Positions 17,859-27,148 are shown, counted from the stretch's first letter. The stretch: DNA of 58,506 nucleotides from a bacterium (GCA_040756235.1 JBFLZG010000106.1:1-58506); one strand, 5' to 3'. Notes: generated by a model from the sequence alone, not told the origin. Numbers and translations: made by a program.

Positions 17859-19208
17859 ATGGCCAGGATTCTGATCGTGGACGATGAGCCTTCCATCCGG
17901 ACGACCCTGTCCGTGCTGCTCCGGAAGAAGGGGTACGAGGTCGAAGAGGCGGCGAGCGCTCAAGAGGCGTCCCGGCGCATGGAGGAGGGGCACTACGACC
18001 TGGTCCTGACCGAATTGAACATGCGGAACGAGCCCCAGGGAATGCGCCTGCTGGACGAGGTGAAGGACAAGAAGCCGGGCACCGAGGTCATTGTTCTGGC
18101 CGCGCAGGGCAGCATGGAAACTGCGGCGGATGCGATCCGGAAGGGAGCTTACAAGTATTACACGAAGCCGTACGATCCGGACATGCTGATGCTGAGCATC
18201 CAGCACGCGCTGGAGCGGAAGCAGCTGCAAAACCAGGTGCGCCACCTCTCCTCGGTCCTGAAGGGTCGTGAGGAGGTCGGAGGGCTCATCTATCGCAGCC
18301 AGCAGATGGAGGACATCCTCCGTCTGGCTCGACGCATCTCCCAGGTGGACGCCAACGTCCTGATTCAGGGAGAGAGCGGCACGGGCAAGGAGCTGATCTC
18401 CCGAGCGATCCATTCCCTGAGCCCGAGGAAGGACGCGCCCTTCCACGTCATCGACTGCGGCGCCATTCCGGAGAACCTGCTCGAGAGCGAATTGTTCGGC
18501 CACACCAAGGGGGCCTTCACCAGCGCGGACGCTTCCCGCAAGGGGCTCTTCGAAGTCACCCAGGGGGGGACTCTGCTCCTGGATGAGGTCGGCGAGCTCC
18601 CCCTGTCTCTGCAGGTCAAGCTGCTCCGGGCGATTCAGGAAGGAGAGATACGGCCTCTCGGGTCCAACCAGACCCTCCGGGTGGACGTCCGGATCCTGGC
18701 GGCGACGAACAAGGACCTGCAAGAGGAGGTCCAGCGTGGGAGGTTCCGGGAAGACCTGTACTACCGTCTCGACGTGATCTCCATTCGGATTCCTCCCCTG
18801 CGGGAGCGGCCGGAGGACATCCTGCCGCTGGCCCAGCACTTCATCCAGGAGTACAGCGCCAAGCTCCTCTGGACGCCGCTCAGGATCGATGCCTCAGCCG
18901 CCCATCTGCTGCTCCGCTACAGCTGGCCGGGCAACGTGCGAGAGCTGGAGAACGCGATGCAGCGTGCGGTGGCGCTGGCGACCGGCGACGTTCTGAGAGC
19001 GGAGGACCTGCCCGAGCAGATCCGGGACAGCCGGCCTGCCGAGCCTCTCTCCCTGGATCAGGATCTCACCCTTGGGGAGATGGAGAAGAGGTACATTCTT
19101 CGCGTCCTTGCCAAACATGGAGGCGATCGCAGTCGAACCGCGAGGGCTCTCGGCATCGGCAGGAACACGCTTTGGCGGAAGCTCAAAGAGTACGGCTACA
19201 AGGACTGA
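17859..19208 (+). CDS. NtrC-family sigma54 response regulator with atypical receiver
   Basis: ILIVDDE, VLTELNM, GESGTGKE, GAFTSA, LLLDEV, WPGNVRELEN, Fis-type HTH. Confidence 0.92.
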   Translation: MARILIVDDEPSIRTTLSVLLRKKGYEVEEAASAQEASRRMEEGHYDLVLTELNMRNEPQGMRLLDEVKDKKPGTEVIVLAAQGSMETAADAIRKGAYKYYTKPYDPDMLMLSIQHALERKQLQNQVRHLSSVLKGREEVGGLIYRSQQMEDILRLARRISQVDANVLIQGESGTGKELISRAIHSLSPRKDAPFHVIDCGAIPENLLESELFGHTKGAFTSADASRKGLFEVTQGGTLLLDEVGELPLSLQVKLLRAIQEGEIRPLGSNQTLRVDVRILAATNKDLQEEVQRGRFREDLYYRLDVISIRIPPLRERPEDILPLAQHFIQEYSAKLLWTPLRIDASAAHLLLRYSWPGNVRELENAMQRAVALATGDVLRAEDLPEQIRDSRPAEPLSLDQDLTLGEMEKRYILRVLAKHGGDRSRTARALGIGRNTLWRKLKEYGYKD

Positions 19209-19311
19209 GGGGGTTACGGGCTTGGCGGGATCGTCCGGTAGAACCGGGTATGAGAGAGTATCTCCACTGCGGGCGCCAAGACCCCGATGCGGGACGGAGG
19301 CGCAACGAGGC

Positions 19312-19497
19312 TCAGTCCTTGTGTAGCTTTCTCTGGTAGAAGTTGACGTCCCGAAGGCGGAACTTCCAGTATTTGCCCTCTTTCACGCCCCGCAGCTTCC
19401 CTTTGCGGGCCAGATAGATCACGTCGTCGGGGGGCAGATCGAGGATGTGTGCCACGTCCTTGGAACGGAGCAGATTGTCTTTTTTGGCTGCGGCCAT
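19312..19497 (-). CDS. Excisionase-like (HTH_17/MerR-type) small DNA-binding protein
   Basis: 61 aa, LLRSKDVAHILDL...LARKGKLRGVKEGKYWKF; GAGGTG RBS. Confidence 0.8.
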   Translation of the reverse strand: MAAAKKDNLLRSKDVAHILDLPPDDVIYLARKGKLRGVKEGKYWKFRLRDVNFYQRKLHKD

Positions 19498-19547
19498 GGG
19501 GTCACCTCGACGCAGGGTGAAATGTGAGTTGGAATTTTTTTTCAGGT

Positions 19548-19576
19548 TTTATAACAGATCTCAAGTCTGGTGTAAA
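19548..19576 (-). promoter_or_regulatory. Putative sigma70 promoter for the HTH gene
   Basis: Minus strand TTTACA-N17-TATAAA with extended -10 TG, in an AT-rich island. Confidence 0.5.
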
Positions 19577-19833
19577 GGAAAAAAATGACAAAAAAGTCAA
19601 ATAATGGAAAATTCGCGACGTACGTGCCTTCGCCGCCCCCCAGGAACGTGCTTTCCTACTTAAGAGACACGAATGCGAATAAAAAGGTTCCGTTTGTCTT
19701 GACAATATATTGGGATGCGCTTTCCCACGGGTAGTTTCAAAAGGCTGCTGCGGGAGATGCTTCATATGAAAGTGGGGGGTGAGACCACAAGAGAAAGTGT
19801 TCTAACGGCCTGAGAGAGCCAGGGGGAGAGAAC

Positions 19834-21525
19834 ATGGATTCGACGGTCCTCGCCGGCGACGGCGCAGCCGTGAAGTGGTGGGGCTGGGGAGCCAGGGACA
19901 AGGGATTTCGACTCGAGGACCATCCGGGGCTGGTGGCGTATCTGAAAGCCCGGCTGGAGACCGGACTGCAGGAGGAGTCGCTTCCGGTTTCGATCGACAG
20001 GATCTCTATGCCCCCGGCAAGGCTCGACCGTCATCTGCTCGAGGGACTGCGCAAGATCGTGGGAGATTCCGGCTGGGGCGCTGACAAGCTTCAGCGCCTG
20101 GTCCACTCCATGGGCAAGAGCTATCGTGACACCGTTCGGATTCGCCGAGGCGAGGTGCCGCTGGCACCGGATGCCGTCGTATACCCGGGGAGCGAGGAAG
20201 AGGTCCGCAGGGTCCTCGAGTGGGCAGGGGAGCACGAGATAGCCGTGGTTCCCTTCGGCGGGGGCACGAGCGTGGTCGGCGGCGTGGAGGCTCTGGGCGG
20301 TCCGCGCCACAGGGGCGTGGTCTCGCTGGACGCACGGCGGCTGTGTCGGATTCTGGCCGTGGACGAGCTCAGCCGGACGGCGACGATCCAGGCCGGAATC
20401 CTGGGGCCGAGTCTGGAAGAAGGGCTCAACCGCAAGGGTCTTACCCTCGGCCACTTCCCCCAGAGCTTCCAGTATTCGACGCTGGGCGGGTGGATCGCCA
20501 CGCGATCGGCCGGCCAGCAGTCCACCCTGTACGGAAAGATCGAAGATCTGGTGCTCTCCCTCAGGATGATCCATCCGGGGGGGGTGCTGGACACCCTGAA
20601 GGTCCCGGCGCGTGCCGCGGGGCCGGACTGGAACCAGGTCGTTACCGGGTCGGAAGGGATCTTCGGGGTGATCAGCGAAGCGACGGTGAGGATCCGACCC
20701 GTGCCGGTGCGGAAGCGATATGGGGGTTTTTTCTTTCGGGATTTTCCAAAGGGGGTGGAGGCCTGCCGGGAGTTCCTCCAGTCCGGCCTGGTTCCGGCCA
20801 CCGTGCGGCTCTCCGACGCGCAGGAGACGGAGTTCGGGATGAACCTGAGGCCGCGTTCCGGGAACTGGAAGAAGCAGGTTGTCGAGCATTCGGGTGTCTG
20901 GGCTCTGGAGAAGCTGGGATACCGGCCGGGCAGGCGTTGCCTCATGATCGTGGGCTTCGAGGGGGACGAGGCGGCCACGGAGAGCGCGTGGAAACGGGCC
21001 CGAAAGATATGCGACGACTTCGGCGGCTTCTCTCTCGGAGGCGGTCCGGGCAGGATGTGGTACCAGGACCGGTTCGAGCACCCCTACCTCCGGGACACGC
21101 TATTGGACAAGCGGGTGCTCATCGACACGCTGGAGACGGCCGCGACCTGGACGAACGTGACGCCGCTCTATGAGGCGGTCCGGCAGAAGCTGGAGGAAGC
21201 GATTCGCGGGACCGGCGTGCCAGGGATCGTGATGGCCCATCTATCCCACTGCTACGCGACCGGGTCGTCGCTGTACTTCATCTTCCTGGCCCGGCAGACG
21301 CCCGGGCAGGAGTTGGAGCAGTGGTGGGCCATCAAGGAGGCTGCCTCGGACTGCCTCCTGTCCCATGGCGGCACGATCAGCCATCACCACGGGGTCGGCA
21401 TCGACCATGCCCGGTGGGCGCAGCAGGAACATGGGCCGAGCGCCATGAGGGGATTATCCGGGCTGAAGCTCAGCCTGGATCCCGGGGGGATCATGAACCC
21501 CGGCAAGATCCTGCCCCTGGACTGA
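19834..21525 (+). CDS. FAD-linked oxidase, alkyl-DHAP (alkylglycerone-phosphate) synthase-like
   Basis: WWGWG, PFGGGTSVVGG, GHFPQSFQYSTLGGWIATRSAGQ, GSEGIFGVI, HLSHCY, SHHHGVG, MNPGK. Confidence 0.85.
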   Translation: MDSTVLAGDGAAVKWWGWGARDKGFRLEDHPGLVAYLKARLETGLQEESLPVSIDRISMPPARLDRHLLEGLRKIVGDSGWGADKLQRLVHSMGKSYRDTVRIRRGEVPLAPDAVVYPGSEEEVRRVLEWAGEHEIAVVPFGGGTSVVGGVEALGGPRHRGVVSLDARRLCRILAVDELSRTATIQAGILGPSLEEGLNRKGLTLGHFPQSFQYSTLGGWIATRSAGQQSTLYGKIEDLVLSLRMIHPGGVLDTLKVPARAAGPDWNQVVTGSEGIFGVISEATVRIRPVPVRKRYGGFFFRDFPKGVEACREFLQSGLVPATVRLSDAQETEFGMNLRPRSGNWKKQVVEHSGVWALEKLGYRPGRRCLMIVGFEGDEAATESAWKRARKICDDFGGFSLGGGPGRMWYQDRFEHPYLRDTLLDKRVLIDTLETAATWTNVTPLYEAVRQKLEEAIRGTGVPGIVMAHLSHCYATGSSLYFIFLARQTPGQELEQWWAIKEAASDCLLSHGGTISHHHGVGIDHARWAQQEHGPSAMRGLSGLKLSLDPGGIMNPGKILPLD

Positions 21526-21557
21526 ACCGGCAGTTCGCGAAGGCTGTCTCATGTTTC

Positions 21558-21670
21558 GTCATCCCGGCCCATGTGCGGAGCGCGTCAGAGCCGGGATCCA
21601 GAAGCCTGCTACCGCAACCACCGGAAGTCACGGGGTGCAGGGACTGGATTCCGGCCCGCGCCGGAATGAC
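21558..21670. repeat. Repeat family A copy
   Basis: GTCATCCCGGCCCATGTGCGGAGCGCG...CTGGATTCCGGCCCGCGCCGGAATGAC. Confidence 0.88.
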
Positions 21671-21791
21671 CAAAATAGAGGCCGCGTGATTCTTCGTGAG
21701 ACCGGCCCGGGTTCCGTAGGGGTCTTGTAGCTGCGCCGCAGGGCGACCATCGGTCGCCCTTACGAATCACGGGGTGCAGGGAGCGTTTCCC

Positions 21792-22712
21792 ATGAGAAAG
21801 GCCGGAAGCGGACGGGGACTCCGACTGGCGGCGGTTCAGATGTGCTCGGGGCCCTCGGTGGAGAAGAACCTGGAGAAGGCCTTGGGGCTCATCTCGCAGG
21901 GAGCCGAGTTGGGCGCCGATCTCATTGCGCTGCCGGAGAACTTCGCCTTGATGGGCTCGGATCGTCAGAGGGCGGAAGTCGCCCAGGGGCTGGACGGCCC
22001 GATTCTGACCGAGCTTCGAAGGACGGCCCGTCGGCATGCAGTCGCCGTGCTGGCAGGCACCTTTCCGGAGAGCTGCCGGGCCGGCGGGGACCGCCGGCCG
22101 TACAACACCAGCGTCCTGATCGGCCGGCGAGGCGAGATCGCGGCCGTGTACCGCAAGCTCCACCTCTTCGACGTGTCACTGCCGGACGGGACGTCCTACG
22201 AGGAGTCGCGGCACATCAGGCCGGGCAGCGATCTGGTCACGGCCCGGTTCGGCACCATCGGGCTGGGTCTGACCATCTGTTATGATCTGCGCTTCCCCGA
22301 GCTTTACCGGGCGCTTGCCCTGCGGGGGGCGCAGGTCATCATCGTGCCCTCCGCTTTCACCCTGCTTACCGGCAAGGACCACTGGATCCCCTTGCTGCGC
22401 GCGCGCGCCATTGAGAACCAGGTGTACGTGGTGGCTCCGGCCCAGTTCGGCACCCACGAATCAGGCAGGCAGACGTACGGGCACTCCGCGATCGTGGACC
22501 CCTGGGGGACGGTGATCGCCCAGGCTTCCGATCAGGAATGCGTCATCCGGGCAGACCTGGATCCCGCTTTTCAAGAGGACGTACGCAGGCGGATTCCGGT
22601 GTTCGACCACTTGCGCACCCGCGCCTTCGAGCAGGCCCTTGCGGCAGCGAAAGAGGTAAGAGCGAAGGCAAACGGCAAGCGACAAAGAGCGAAGGGAAGG
22701 GGGAAGAGATAA
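21792..22712 (+). CDS. Carbon-nitrogen hydrolase (Nit1/deaminated glutathione amidase-like)
   Basis: Catalytic E-K-C motifs LPENF, YRKLHLFDV, ICYDLRFPE; RARAIENQ. Confidence 0.9.
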   Translation: MRKAGSGRGLRLAAVQMCSGPSVEKNLEKALGLISQGAELGADLIALPENFALMGSDRQRAEVAQGLDGPILTELRRTARRHAVAVLAGTFPESCRAGGDRRPYNTSVLIGRRGEIAAVYRKLHLFDVSLPDGTSYEESRHIRPGSDLVTARFGTIGLGLTICYDLRFPELYRALALRGAQVIIVPSAFTLLTGKDHWIPLLRARAIENQVYVVAPAQFGTHESGRQTYGHSAIVDPWGTVIAQASDQECVIRADLDPAFQEDVRRRIPVFDHLRTRAFEQALAAAKEVRAKANGKRQRAKGRGKR

Positions 22713-22776
22713 AACAGACGAGAGTGCAAAGCGAGAGACAGGCGGAGTGACGTCTCAGGAGGACACACGCTCGTCC

Positions 22777-23111
22777 GTCATCCCTGCCCCGCTGCGCAGC
22801 GCGCGGAAGCCGGGATCCGGAAGGGTGTTTCAAGCGGGAGATAGGGAATGGATCCCGGCTTTCGCCGGGAGGGACTGGATCCCGGCCTGCGAGGCGTGTC
22901 ACAATTCGTCATCCCGGCCCATGTGCGAAGCGCGTGCGAGCCGGGATCCAGAAGGGTGCACCCAGACCAGCTGTGGTAACTGGCGCAGGGACTGGATTCC
23001 GGCCTTCGCCGGAATGACGGAAATCATGCGGCCGCGCCTCCGAGTCCTCCGGAATGAGTGGCCGCATGAGGGTTTGACCGGCTCATGACACAGCTCCTGC
23101 GCCGGAATCAC
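22777..23111. repeat. Cluster of family A copies (degenerate 22777-22891; extended 22908-23111)
   Basis: Same arms as other copies; 22908-23111 nearly identical to 26939-27148. Confidence 0.85.
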
Positions 23112-23174
23112 TGAAAAAGAGAAGGCCCGGATTCCTGATATCGGGATAACGGATCATTCCCGGACATTCCCGGC

Positions 23175-23699
23175 TCAGACGGCCGCGGGACTGGCCTCCT
23201 CCTCCTTCTCCTTGATCCGCCTCTTGAGGTAGAGATTTCTCCTCAGGCTGGAAAGACGATCGACCAGCAGAACGCCGTCCAGATGGTCGATCTCATGCTG
23301 CAGGGCGATGCTGAGCAGCCCGTCGGCCTCGATCCGGGCCGGACTGCCGTCCGGAAGAAGCGCTTCTACCACTACCTTTTCATCGCGCTCCAACTCCACC
23401 GTCAGATCCGGTAGACTGAGACACCCCTCGGAGCTCGGAACCCTTCCGGACCTTTCCTTGATCACGGGGTTGACGAGCTTGAGCAGGTGGCTCCCTCTGT
23501 CCTCGCGATGCGCGTCGACCACGATGATCCTGAATCGCTCACCCACCTGCGGTGCGGCGAGCCCTACGCCATTGGCGGCATACATGGTCTCCGCCATATC
23601 CTGCAGGAGCCGACGAATCCGATCGTCGATGGTCTGCACCGGCGCGCAGACCTCCTTGAGCACGGGGTCCGGATAGGTTCGAATGCGCAGCAGTGCCAT
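23175..23699 (-). CDS. def: Peptide deformylase
   Basis: GVGLAAPQVG, EGCLS, QHEIDHLDG. Confidence 0.96.
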   Translation of the reverse strand: MALLRIRTYPDPVLKEVCAPVQTIDDRIRRLLQDMAETMYAANGVGLAAPQVGERFRIIVVDAHREDRGSHLLKLVNPVIKERSGRVPSSEGCLSLPDLTVELERDEKVVVEALLPDGSPARIEADGLLSIALQHEIDHLDGVLLVDRLSSLRRNLYLKRRIKEKEEEASPAAV

Positions 23700-24058
23700 T
23701 CCCTCTCGATGCCCCTCTTCGGTCGTTTTTGGACGATGAATGTATTTTTCCCCCGGTCTTTCGATGTGTCAAGGAGGTGGCGCGATTCCGGCCGGACGCA
23801 TAGCTGCCCGGTCTGGCGCGGTTTTGTTGACTTCGGGCAGCCCGGCTGTTAAAAGGTGCTTGCCCCTTTTCGTGTTCCCCGAGCGAGAAGGGGTTCTGCG
23901 CCTTGAGGCCTCCGTTGCGGCGGAAGGCTCGAGCCAAAACGGATCGCCACCAACCCTTTCGCCGATACGATGTTCCTGTTCTGCCCGGCAACTGAGAATC
24001 GGAGAGCCGTTCAGAGGGCGATTGATCGACAGCCTCTGGAGCCTCGGAAAACACCCTT

Positions 24059-24226
24059 GAGAGCCTGATGAGAAATGGCCAGATGCAAGGCGCGCGAGAT
24101 CCTGAGGAATGAGGCGTACATGGCAGTACGCCGCAATGACCCCGGCTTTCGCCGGGGCAGGCTGCCCCAGGACCTCCACGCCGCACGAGCGCAACGCAGC
24201 AGATGGCCGTTTATCGACAGCCTCTC
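24059..24226. repeat. Repeat family B copy with internal hairpin insertion
   Basis: GGCCAGATGCAAGGCGCGCGAGATCCTGAGGA...GCAACGCAGCAGATGGCC; matches reverse complement of 47677-47810. Confidence 0.88.
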
Positions 24227-24241
24227 GATACGGAGGGCGCC

Positions 24242-25390
24242 ATGGATTTCAGCCTAACTCCCGAGCAGATGGCCTTCCAGGAGGAAGTGGTCAAGTTCTG
24301 CAAACGGCAGATCGCGCCCCATGCCGAAGAGTCGGATCGGGAGGGGAAGTTCTGCTGGGAGGCTTGGAAGAAGATGGGCGAGTTCGGGCTTCTGGGGCTG
24401 CCGTTCCCGTCCGAATACGGCGGCGGTGACTCGGACGTGCTGACGGCCGTGCTCGCCGGAGAGGCGATGGGCAGGGGCGGAGCCGACGGAGGTCTGCTCC
24501 TCTCGTGGGGCGCCCATACGTACCTTTGCGGCGACACCATCCTCAAGAACGGGACCGAGGAGCAGAAGAAGAAGTACCTTCCCAGGATCGCTTCGGGCGA
24601 GTGGGTCGGCGCCATGGGTCTGACGGAGCCGGACGCCGGATCGGACGCCGCCGCGATCCGGACCACGGCGCTGCGCAAGGGTGACGGGTACGTGCTCAAC
24701 GGAACGAAGATGTTCATCACGAACGGCCCCATTGCAGACGTGATTTGCGTCTATGCCACGATGAACCGCGAGCTCAAGCACATGGGGATCAGCGGCTTTA
24801 TCGTGGAAAAGGGCTACCCGGGGTTCTCGGTCGGGAAGAAGCTGAACAAGATGGGAGTGAGGAGCTCGACTACCTCGGAGCTGATCTTCGAGGATTGCCA
24901 GGTTCCCAGGGAGAACCTCCTGGGGCAGGAGGGTCAAGGGTTTCTGGCCGCGCTGGGCACCTTGGAGTGGGACCGGAGCGCCTTGCTGGCACCTACCATC
25001 GGAGGCTTCCAGCTGATTCTCGAGCAGTGCGCGCGGTATGCCAAGGACCGCAGGCAGTTCGGCAGGCCGATCGCCGAGTTCCAGGCGATCCAGCACAAGC
25101 TGGCCGACATCAAGGTCTTCGTAGAGGCGCTCCGGCTGCTCATCTATCGCGTGGCCTGGTACAAGGACCAGGGCCGGCCGCTCAATCACCTCGAAGCAGC
25201 CATCGCCAAGCTCATGGCAGGAGACTGGGGCATGCAGTGCGCGTCGGAAGCCGTCCAGATCCACGGAGGCTACGGCTACATTCACGAGTATCCGGCGGAG
25301 AGGCTCTTTCGTGACACGAAGCTGGGTTCCATCGGAGGCGGCACTTCCGAGATCCAGAAGACGATCATTGCCAGAATGATGCGCGGGTGA
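24242..25390 (+). CDS. Acyl-CoA dehydrogenase family protein
   Basis: MGLTEPDAGSD, GTKMFITNG, RRQFGRPIAEFQAIQHKLAD, QIHGGYGY, GGTSEIQ. Confidence 0.93.
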   Translation: MDFSLTPEQMAFQEEVVKFCKRQIAPHAEESDREGKFCWEAWKKMGEFGLLGLPFPSEYGGGDSDVLTAVLAGEAMGRGGADGGLLLSWGAHTYLCGDTILKNGTEEQKKKYLPRIASGEWVGAMGLTEPDAGSDAAAIRTTALRKGDGYVLNGTKMFITNGPIADVICVYATMNRELKHMGISGFIVEKGYPGFSVGKKLNKMGVRSSTTSELIFEDCQVPRENLLGQEGQGFLAALGTLEWDRSALLAPTIGGFQLILEQCARYAKDRRQFGRPIAEFQAIQHKLADIKVFVEALRLLIYRVAWYKDQGRPLNHLEAAIAKLMAGDWGMQCASEAVQIHGGYGYIHEYPAERLFRDTKLGSIGGGTSEIQKTIIARMMRG

Positions 25391-25436
25391 GGGGTGCGAG
25401 CCTGACGGATGGGCGGAAGAGGCCGTGTCGTATTGC

Positions 25437-25548
25437 GTCATCCCGGCCCATGTGCGCGCGCGTGTGAGCCGGGATCCAGGAGGGTGCGTCATGCGCAGCG
25501 GTCCTTACCGGGGAACAGGGACTGGATTCCGGCCTGCGCCGGAATGAC
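25437..25548. repeat. Repeat family A copy
   Basis: Both arms present. Confidence 0.88.
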
Positions 25549-25700
25549 GGAGCGGAGCTGGAGCAGGGAGTGCATTCCGCGAGTCGCTCGCTTCATAGCT
25601 CTTCCGCAATAACGTGGGATAGGCCTCTTACCGGATTAGGACGCAGCCTCGACAATCGGGCGGCCCTGAGCCTGTCCCGAGCCCTGCAAGGAGCACGAGC

Positions 25701-26864
25701 ATGAACTACGAGTTCACGGCCGCAGAGAAGGAGAAGATACAGGCATTCGAACGATTCTGCCGGGAAGAGGTCGCGCCGCAGGCAAGTGATCTGCTGTCCG
25801 GGCAGAGGAATGCCCGGGACGTGCTGCGCTCCCTGTTCCCGCGTCTCGGCGGGGTGGGCTATCTGGGGCTCAGCCAGCCGGAGGCATGGGGTGGGCAGGG
25901 GGAAAGCCTGATCCTGCAGGCTGCGCTCGGCGAAAAGCTCGCCGGGACTTCGCCCACCGTCCATCTTTCCGCCTACACGTCCGGCGTGCACTGCGGTCAG
26001 CTCATCGGGCGGTTCGGGAGCGAAGGGCAGAGAGCCTCTTTTCTGCGGGACCTGTTGTCCGGAAGGCGGGTGGCCGCACTGGCGAGGACCGAAGCCAGAG
26101 GAGGTCTCGATCTGGAAGGGATGGAGACCTCCGCCCAGCGGGACGGCGATCATTACCTGCTGCAGGGCGAGAAGTTCTTCTGCGTGAACGCGCCGCTGGC
26201 CGACTTCTTCCTGGTCTTCGCCTGCCTCGATCGGGGAAAGGCGGGCAAAGCAGGCCTGTGTTGTTTCCTGGTGCCACGGGACGCCGCAGGGCTTTCCGTG
26301 GAATCCGCCGTGTATCCGGTGGGCTACGTCGGCCTGCCGGTCGCTTCCCTGGTGCTCAAGGGCGTTCGCCTGGACAAGAGCCGCCTCGTGGGCGCCGAAG
26401 GAATGGGGGATGACGTCCTTCGTGAATCCTGGCAGTGGGACGCGCTGGGAATCACGTGCTGTTCCATCGGGATCCTGGAAGCGAGCCTCGAGACGGCCTT
26501 TGCCTACTCCCAGCAGCGCACTTCGTTCGGAAAGCCCATCGGAGCGTACCAGGAGGTCTCCTTCAAGCTGGCCGAAGCCAGAGCCATGCTGGACACGGCC
26601 AGGCTCTTGTCCCAGAAGAGCGTCTGGATGAAGCAGTGCCAGGATGCCGAGGCAGAGACGCTCCTTCGCTGCGCAAAGCTCTATGCCTCCGAAGCCGGAA
26701 CCAAGTGCGCCGGCTACGCGCTGCAGATCCTGGGAGGGAGGGGTGCCTTGAAGGAGGGAGCGCTGGGCGAGCTCTTTCTCTGCGCGAAGGCGAACGAGAT
26801 CGGAGGAGGCACCTCGGAGATGCACCGGATCCGGATCGCCAAGAGCGTGCTGGATTCGGTCTGA
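25701..26864 (+). CDS. Acyl-CoA dehydrogenase family protein, divergent
   Basis: GEKFFCVNA, RTSFGKPIGAYQEVSFKLAE, QILGGRG, GGTSEMH. Confidence 0.88.
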   Translation: MNYEFTAAEKEKIQAFERFCREEVAPQASDLLSGQRNARDVLRSLFPRLGGVGYLGLSQPEAWGGQGESLILQAALGEKLAGTSPTVHLSAYTSGVHCGQLIGRFGSEGQRASFLRDLLSGRRVAALARTEARGGLDLEGMETSAQRDGDHYLLQGEKFFCVNAPLADFFLVFACLDRGKAGKAGLCCFLVPRDAAGLSVESAVYPVGYVGLPVASLVLKGVRLDKSRLVGAEGMGDDVLRESWQWDALGITCCSIGILEASLETAFAYSQQRTSFGKPIGAYQEVSFKLAEARAMLDTARLLSQKSVWMKQCQDAEAETLLRCAKLYASEAGTKCAGYALQILGGRGALKEGALGELFLCAKANEIGGGTSEMHRIRIAKSVLDSV

Positions 26865-26938
26865 AGCGGTTGTCCGTTGCCAAGCATCTTGTCATCCACC
26901 GCGCCCTGCCGGGTCCAGAAAACACTGCTTCATTCTTG

Positions 26939-27148
26939 GTCATCCCGGCCCATGTGCGAAGCGCTATGACAGAGCCGGGATCCAGAAGGGTGCACCAGGA
27001 CCAGCTGTGGTAACTGGGCGCAGGGACTGGATTCCGGCCTTCACCGGAATGACGGAAATCATGCGGCCGCGCCTCCGCGTCCTCCGGAAGGAGTGGTCGC
27101 ACGAGGGTCTGACCGGATTTATGACACAGCCTCCTGCGCCGGAATGAC
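26939..27148. repeat. Extended repeat family A copy
   Basis: About 200-nt direct repeat of 22908-23111. Confidence 0.88.

Noticed and set aside
19312..19497. Prophage or ICE remnant implied by the excisionase-like gene
   Set aside because: No integrase, att site or phage genes nearby
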